From positions 704,001 to 768,000 of the forward strand of contig CAWIYV010000011.1 in assembly GCA_963840455.1 (NCBI GenBank): 64,000 nt of DNA, read 5' to 3'. The position numbers and the translations under genes were made by a program. The notes under the pieces are model-generated. The model saw only the letters and a program-made list of their open reading frames with translations. It made no database searches and had not been told where the DNA came from. Below, piece after piece: positions 60,900 to 64,000 of the stretch. The stretch is from Nitrospirota bacterium. Its GTDB lineage: Bacteria; Nitrospirota; UBA9217. Position 1 is the first letter of the stretch; every line of letters starts with the position of its first letter.

Positions 60900-63134
60900 T
60901 TATTCAACGATCGGGTAATACCATGCCCTGGTTGGTCCCTGCATGGGGTGGCAATTAAAACCTGCGCAGAAGGTCGGATGAACATCCAGCTGGTTTGTCA
61001 GATAGGCATTATCGGTCATCTTCCCTAGCCTGTTGGTTGCATCAGGGAATAGATTCGTGTATCCCATTTCGTTATACGTCGCACCATAAGGGATTGAAGA
61101 ACCATGCACATCATGGCAGTTGACGCAGTTGACCCCTGAGGTGGTTCCGGTCCCCCGGAAGTCCGATATCAGGATCCCGAGATGTGCCCAGTGAAGGTTC
61201 ATGTTGTCCCCCCAGAAGGTCGCGTCGTTGTACGCGCCGCCAGCCTCATTGTGATCGGCGAAGTGCGTTATCACCGAGGGTATCGTGTACGGCGGAGCGA
61301 AGCCGTTCGGCCCCCGGCCACCATAGGGCGACATGTTGTATTCCCAGTCGAGAATTCCGCCGGCCTTCACGCCTAATATGTCCTCCTTGGTAAAGCCGGG
61401 ATAATTTGCATGGCAGTCGAAGCACAGGGCAAAGTCCGCTGCTGCATACATGTCGTCATTGTCATACTTGAACGGTCGGGCAGCCAGGACCTGGTTCACG
61501 GAACCATGGGCATTCACGCTCCCATTGTTCCCATGGCAGCCGGTCCCCGGCTGGCCGGTGCCGAGACAGGTGAGCTTCTTGATCGTCGCGTGATTCCCGT
61601 TCGGGCCATGGCCATTGGTATTTGTCCAGCTGGTCTTTATCCTCATCGCAAACGTATAGGGCACAACACCGAGCGTTGAACCGTCGTTAAAGGGGGTCGT
61701 CGGTGTTCCGCCGGAAACAAAGGTAGACGCGGCGCCGGTGATGTCATGGCAGCTCAGGCAGAACGGTTCGAGCGTGGAGGGGCTCGCGGGATCGTAGGTT
61801 ATGACCAATCCGTTGTCCGCGTTCATTACCCGCACTGTCCCGCCCATGTGCTGCGACATGTCGTGACATACCATGCACTGCGTCGATATCGGATCATTCC
61901 CACCGGAAACATGATGGGACTTCACGCTTGCGTTCTGGCCAAAGTCGCCGCCCGGGCCCAATATCGCCCTGCGTGGGCCCATCACATTTACATGGCATAC
62001 GGAGCAGGGCGGCAGGCTTACCCCTGCCAGTCCGTACCAGTCGGGATCGGGCGGTATGTGGCAATACATCGAGGAACAGGTGCCCATCTGCGGCCCGGTG
62101 TCATTGGTCCATGTTCCGGTGGGGTTCGTAGAATCAAAATACACCAGCAGGATGCTAGGATCGGGCGTGTCCATGGTGCCGTTGGTATGGGATGTCTTCG
62201 CCTGGTAGTTGAGGTGGCATTTTGAGCATGCCATGCTATAACTTGTTACATGTTTCCCATGCTTGCCCGCAAGGCCACTTCCGTTCGTCGCGACCGGATC
62301 AAGCACGCTCGCGTAGCTCGAGGAGTGACAGGTCGTACATGCCGCGGGAAGCGTCCACGTTCCGGTCCCGTACCAGCTGAGCGTATTTGACGCGTGGCAG
62401 GCTACCGTCGCACAGTCGCCGGTCTGCGCGCCCGTATCATTGGTCCACGACGCGGCCGGACCGACGATGTTAAAACGGACGATGTTCACGGCCGGATCGG
62501 GCGTGTCGAGTACGCCGTTGGCGTGGGTCGATGCGCTCGGATAGTCATAGTGGCAACGTTCACAGGCAATGCTCCTTGAGGTGACGTGTTTCACGTGCCG
62601 GCCCGCAGGTGGGTTGCCGTTCGTTACCGCAGGGTCGAGTGCTGTCGAGAACGTGGATGCATGGCAGACGGTACACGCGGGTAACGTCCAGGGAGTCGTC
62701 CCGTACCAGTCGAGCGTCGCGTTACCGTGACAGGCAACGCCCGCGCAGCTTCCCGTCCCGGTGCCAGTATCGTTCGTCCAGAGGCCCACCGGCCCAACAA
62801 TGCCCATATTGACCACATTCACCGCCGGATTGCCGGTATCCAAGGTGCCGTTCATATGGGTCGGTGCGTTGATATAGTTTACATGGCACCTCTCGCAGTC
62901 GATACGCCGTTCCTGAACATGCTTGACGTGTTTGCCATAGGTGCCTGATCCGTTCGTGACCAGGGGATCAGGCGCGACCGAACTCGTTGCGTTGTGGCAT
63001 CCAGTGCAAGCTGATGCCGGCTGGCGGATGCCGGGTTTGTGATTGAACAGCGAGTCCGGACCGTGGCCAGAGTTATTGCAGCCTGCGATTACGAACAGAA
63101 GTGCTAGCATTGACCAGGTGAAACGGGTCTTCAT
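60900..63134 (-). CDS. Multiheme c-type cytochrome lipoprotein (~16 hemes, CxxxxCH/CxxCH repeats)
   Basis: Lipobox IAGC; 11 CxxCH, 4 CX4CH and 1 CX9CH motifs; three tandem internal repeats. Confidence 0.93.
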   Translation of the reverse strand: MKTRFTWSMLALLFVIAGCNNSGHGPDSLFNHKPGIRQPASACTGCHNATSSVAPDPLVTNGSGTYGKHVKHVQERRIDCERCHVNYINAPTHMNGTLDTGNPAVNVVNMGIVGPVGLWTNDTGTGTGSCAGVACHGNATLDWYGTTPWTLPACTVCHASTFSTALDPAVTNGNPPAGRHVKHVTSRSIACERCHYDYPSASTHANGVLDTPDPAVNIVRFNIVGPAASWTNDTGAQTGDCATVACHASNTLSWYGTGTWTLPAACTTCHSSSYASVLDPVATNGSGLAGKHGKHVTSYSMACSKCHLNYQAKTSHTNGTMDTPDPSILLVYFDSTNPTGTWTNDTGPQMGTCSSMYCHIPPDPDWYGLAGVSLPPCSVCHVNVMGPRRAILGPGGDFGQNASVKSHHVSGGNDPISTQCMVCHDMSQHMGGTVRVMNADNGLVITYDPASPSTLEPFCLSCHDITGAASTFVSGGTPTTPFNDGSTLGVVPYTFAMRIKTSWTNTNGHGPNGNHATIKKLTCLGTGQPGTGCHGNNGSVNAHGSVNQVLAARPFKYDNDDMYAAADFALCFDCHANYPGFTKEDILGVKAGGILDWEYNMSPYGGRGPNGFAPPYTIPSVITHFADHNEAGGAYNDATFWGDNMNLHWAHLGILISDFRGTGTTSGVNCVNCHDVHGSSIPYGATYNEMGYTNLFPDATNRLGKMTDNAYLTNQLDVHPTFCAGFNCHPMQGPTRAWYYPIVE

Positions 63135-63161
63135 CGCCGTGCTCCATTATCGTGAACAAAT

Positions 63162-63701
63162 CTATTTATGACATAACCAGCAGTTCATCGTTGGGCTGAC
63201 CGCGTGAGGCGCCGAGGTATGGGGCGACACCTTATGGCAGACCACGCAGTTGTCCGCGGGCACGAGGCCGGACCCGAAATGGCACCAGGAGCAGTGGCGC
63301 TTTCGCCAGCTGCCGGTGTGCGTACGCGGAGCCGTCTCGCTGTGGCAGCGGATGCAGTAATCCTGGCGGTGACACGTGAGGCAGCGCTCCCGGTTGCCAT
63401 CTGCCATCAGCCCATGACCCCGGACCCTCCACGTATTGTTATGGTCCCGCGGCATGGTCGTGGTATGGCAGACGATGCAGTCCGTCTGCTCATGGCAGGT
63501 GAGGCACGCCTTGCCCGGCTGGCCCGGGCTGTTCCCGCTGGCCCCGACCGCCCTCCCATGGTACTCGAGCCAGTTTCCTTTGTGAGAACCCGGTTTCGGG
63601 AAGGGGATCCGGGCATCCTGTCCGCCGTTCTGTGCCGCCAGGGCAACGAATCCGGTCCCGAGCACAAGAAGGGCCAGCAGGATGATCACCGTCCTTTTCA
63701 T
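63162..63701 (-). CDS. Heptaheme periplasmic c-type cytochrome
   Basis: Signal peptide and 7 CxxCH motifs in about 180 aa. Confidence 0.92.
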   Translation of the reverse strand: MKRTVIILLALLVLGTGFVALAAQNGGQDARIPFPKPGSHKGNWLEYHGRAVGASGNSPGQPGKACLTCHEQTDCIVCHTTTMPRDHNNTWRVRGHGLMADGNRERCLTCHRQDYCIRCHSETAPRTHTGSWRKRHCSWCHFGSGLVPADNCVVCHKVSPHTSAPHAVSPTMNCWLCHK

Positions 63702-63711
63702 AGTACTGTTG

Positions 63712-63999
63712 TCAGAAGTCATAGCGCATTCCCAGCCTCAGGGTCTGGTATTTCTCGAAACTGTGCTCGTATTCGTAGCCGCCGTTCACGGAGAACCCAT
63801 TGTTCAGGGGATACTTTCCGGTCAGGTACCAGGTGCGCACCTGCTCCCGCACCCCCAGTTCGGTATAGTAGTCGTACTTGTAGAGGCTGTAGTTGGTGCC
63901 GATGCTGATCCGCGCTTCCTTCTTGTTCTTCTTTATCTTATAGGACAGGTCGGCGCCGACGGCGTCATAGGACCGCCCCTGGCTCTCCCACTGTTCGAG
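63712..63999 (-). CDS. C-terminal part of an outer-membrane beta-barrel protein (cut by the window edge)
   Basis: Manual translation ...SYDAVGADLSYK...ISIGTNYSLYKYDY...FSVNGGYEYEHSFEKYQTLRLGMRYDF*; amphipathic strands and terminal YxF. Confidence 0.8.
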   Translation of the reverse strand, partial: LEQWESQGRSYDAVGADLSYKIKKNKKEARISIGTNYSLYKYDYYTELGVREQVRTWYLTGKYPLNNGFSVNGGYEYEHSFEKYQTLRLGMRYDF

Positions 64000-64000
64000 A

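Overview
GC-rich bacterial chromosome, most likely Nitrospirota or Desulfobacterota-like (inferred from gene order and protein style). It is mostly core genes: divIVA-yggT-proC-yggS-pgeF, a complete dcw cluster (mraZ to ftsZ) with an extra STAS gene, rnpB, rnhA, rpoD-dnaG-mutS2-yqeY-rpsU, argJ-argC, rplM-rpsI, rpsB-tsf-pyrH-frr and three tRNAs. The accessory or unusual parts are: (1) after frr, two secreted PA2779-like proteins with double-glycine motifs, a lipoprotein C39 peptidase and a TPR lipoprotein, a candidate transporter-free peptide-processing system; (2) at the right end, an outer-membrane beta-barrel C-terminus, a heptaheme cytochrome and a ~16-heme lipoprotein, resembling a porin-cytochrome conduit; (3) an integron cassette array with no integrase directly behind rnpB; (4) tandem stand-alone two-CW Cys-rich genes behind a sigma54 promoter; (5) an IS1202-family element with a 16-bp target duplication; (6) many palindromic short-repeat elements and a MITE-like family, often nested and sitting at gene junctions; (7) a candidate structured RNA upstream of yggS. 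All calls come from reading the sequence; no database searches were run.
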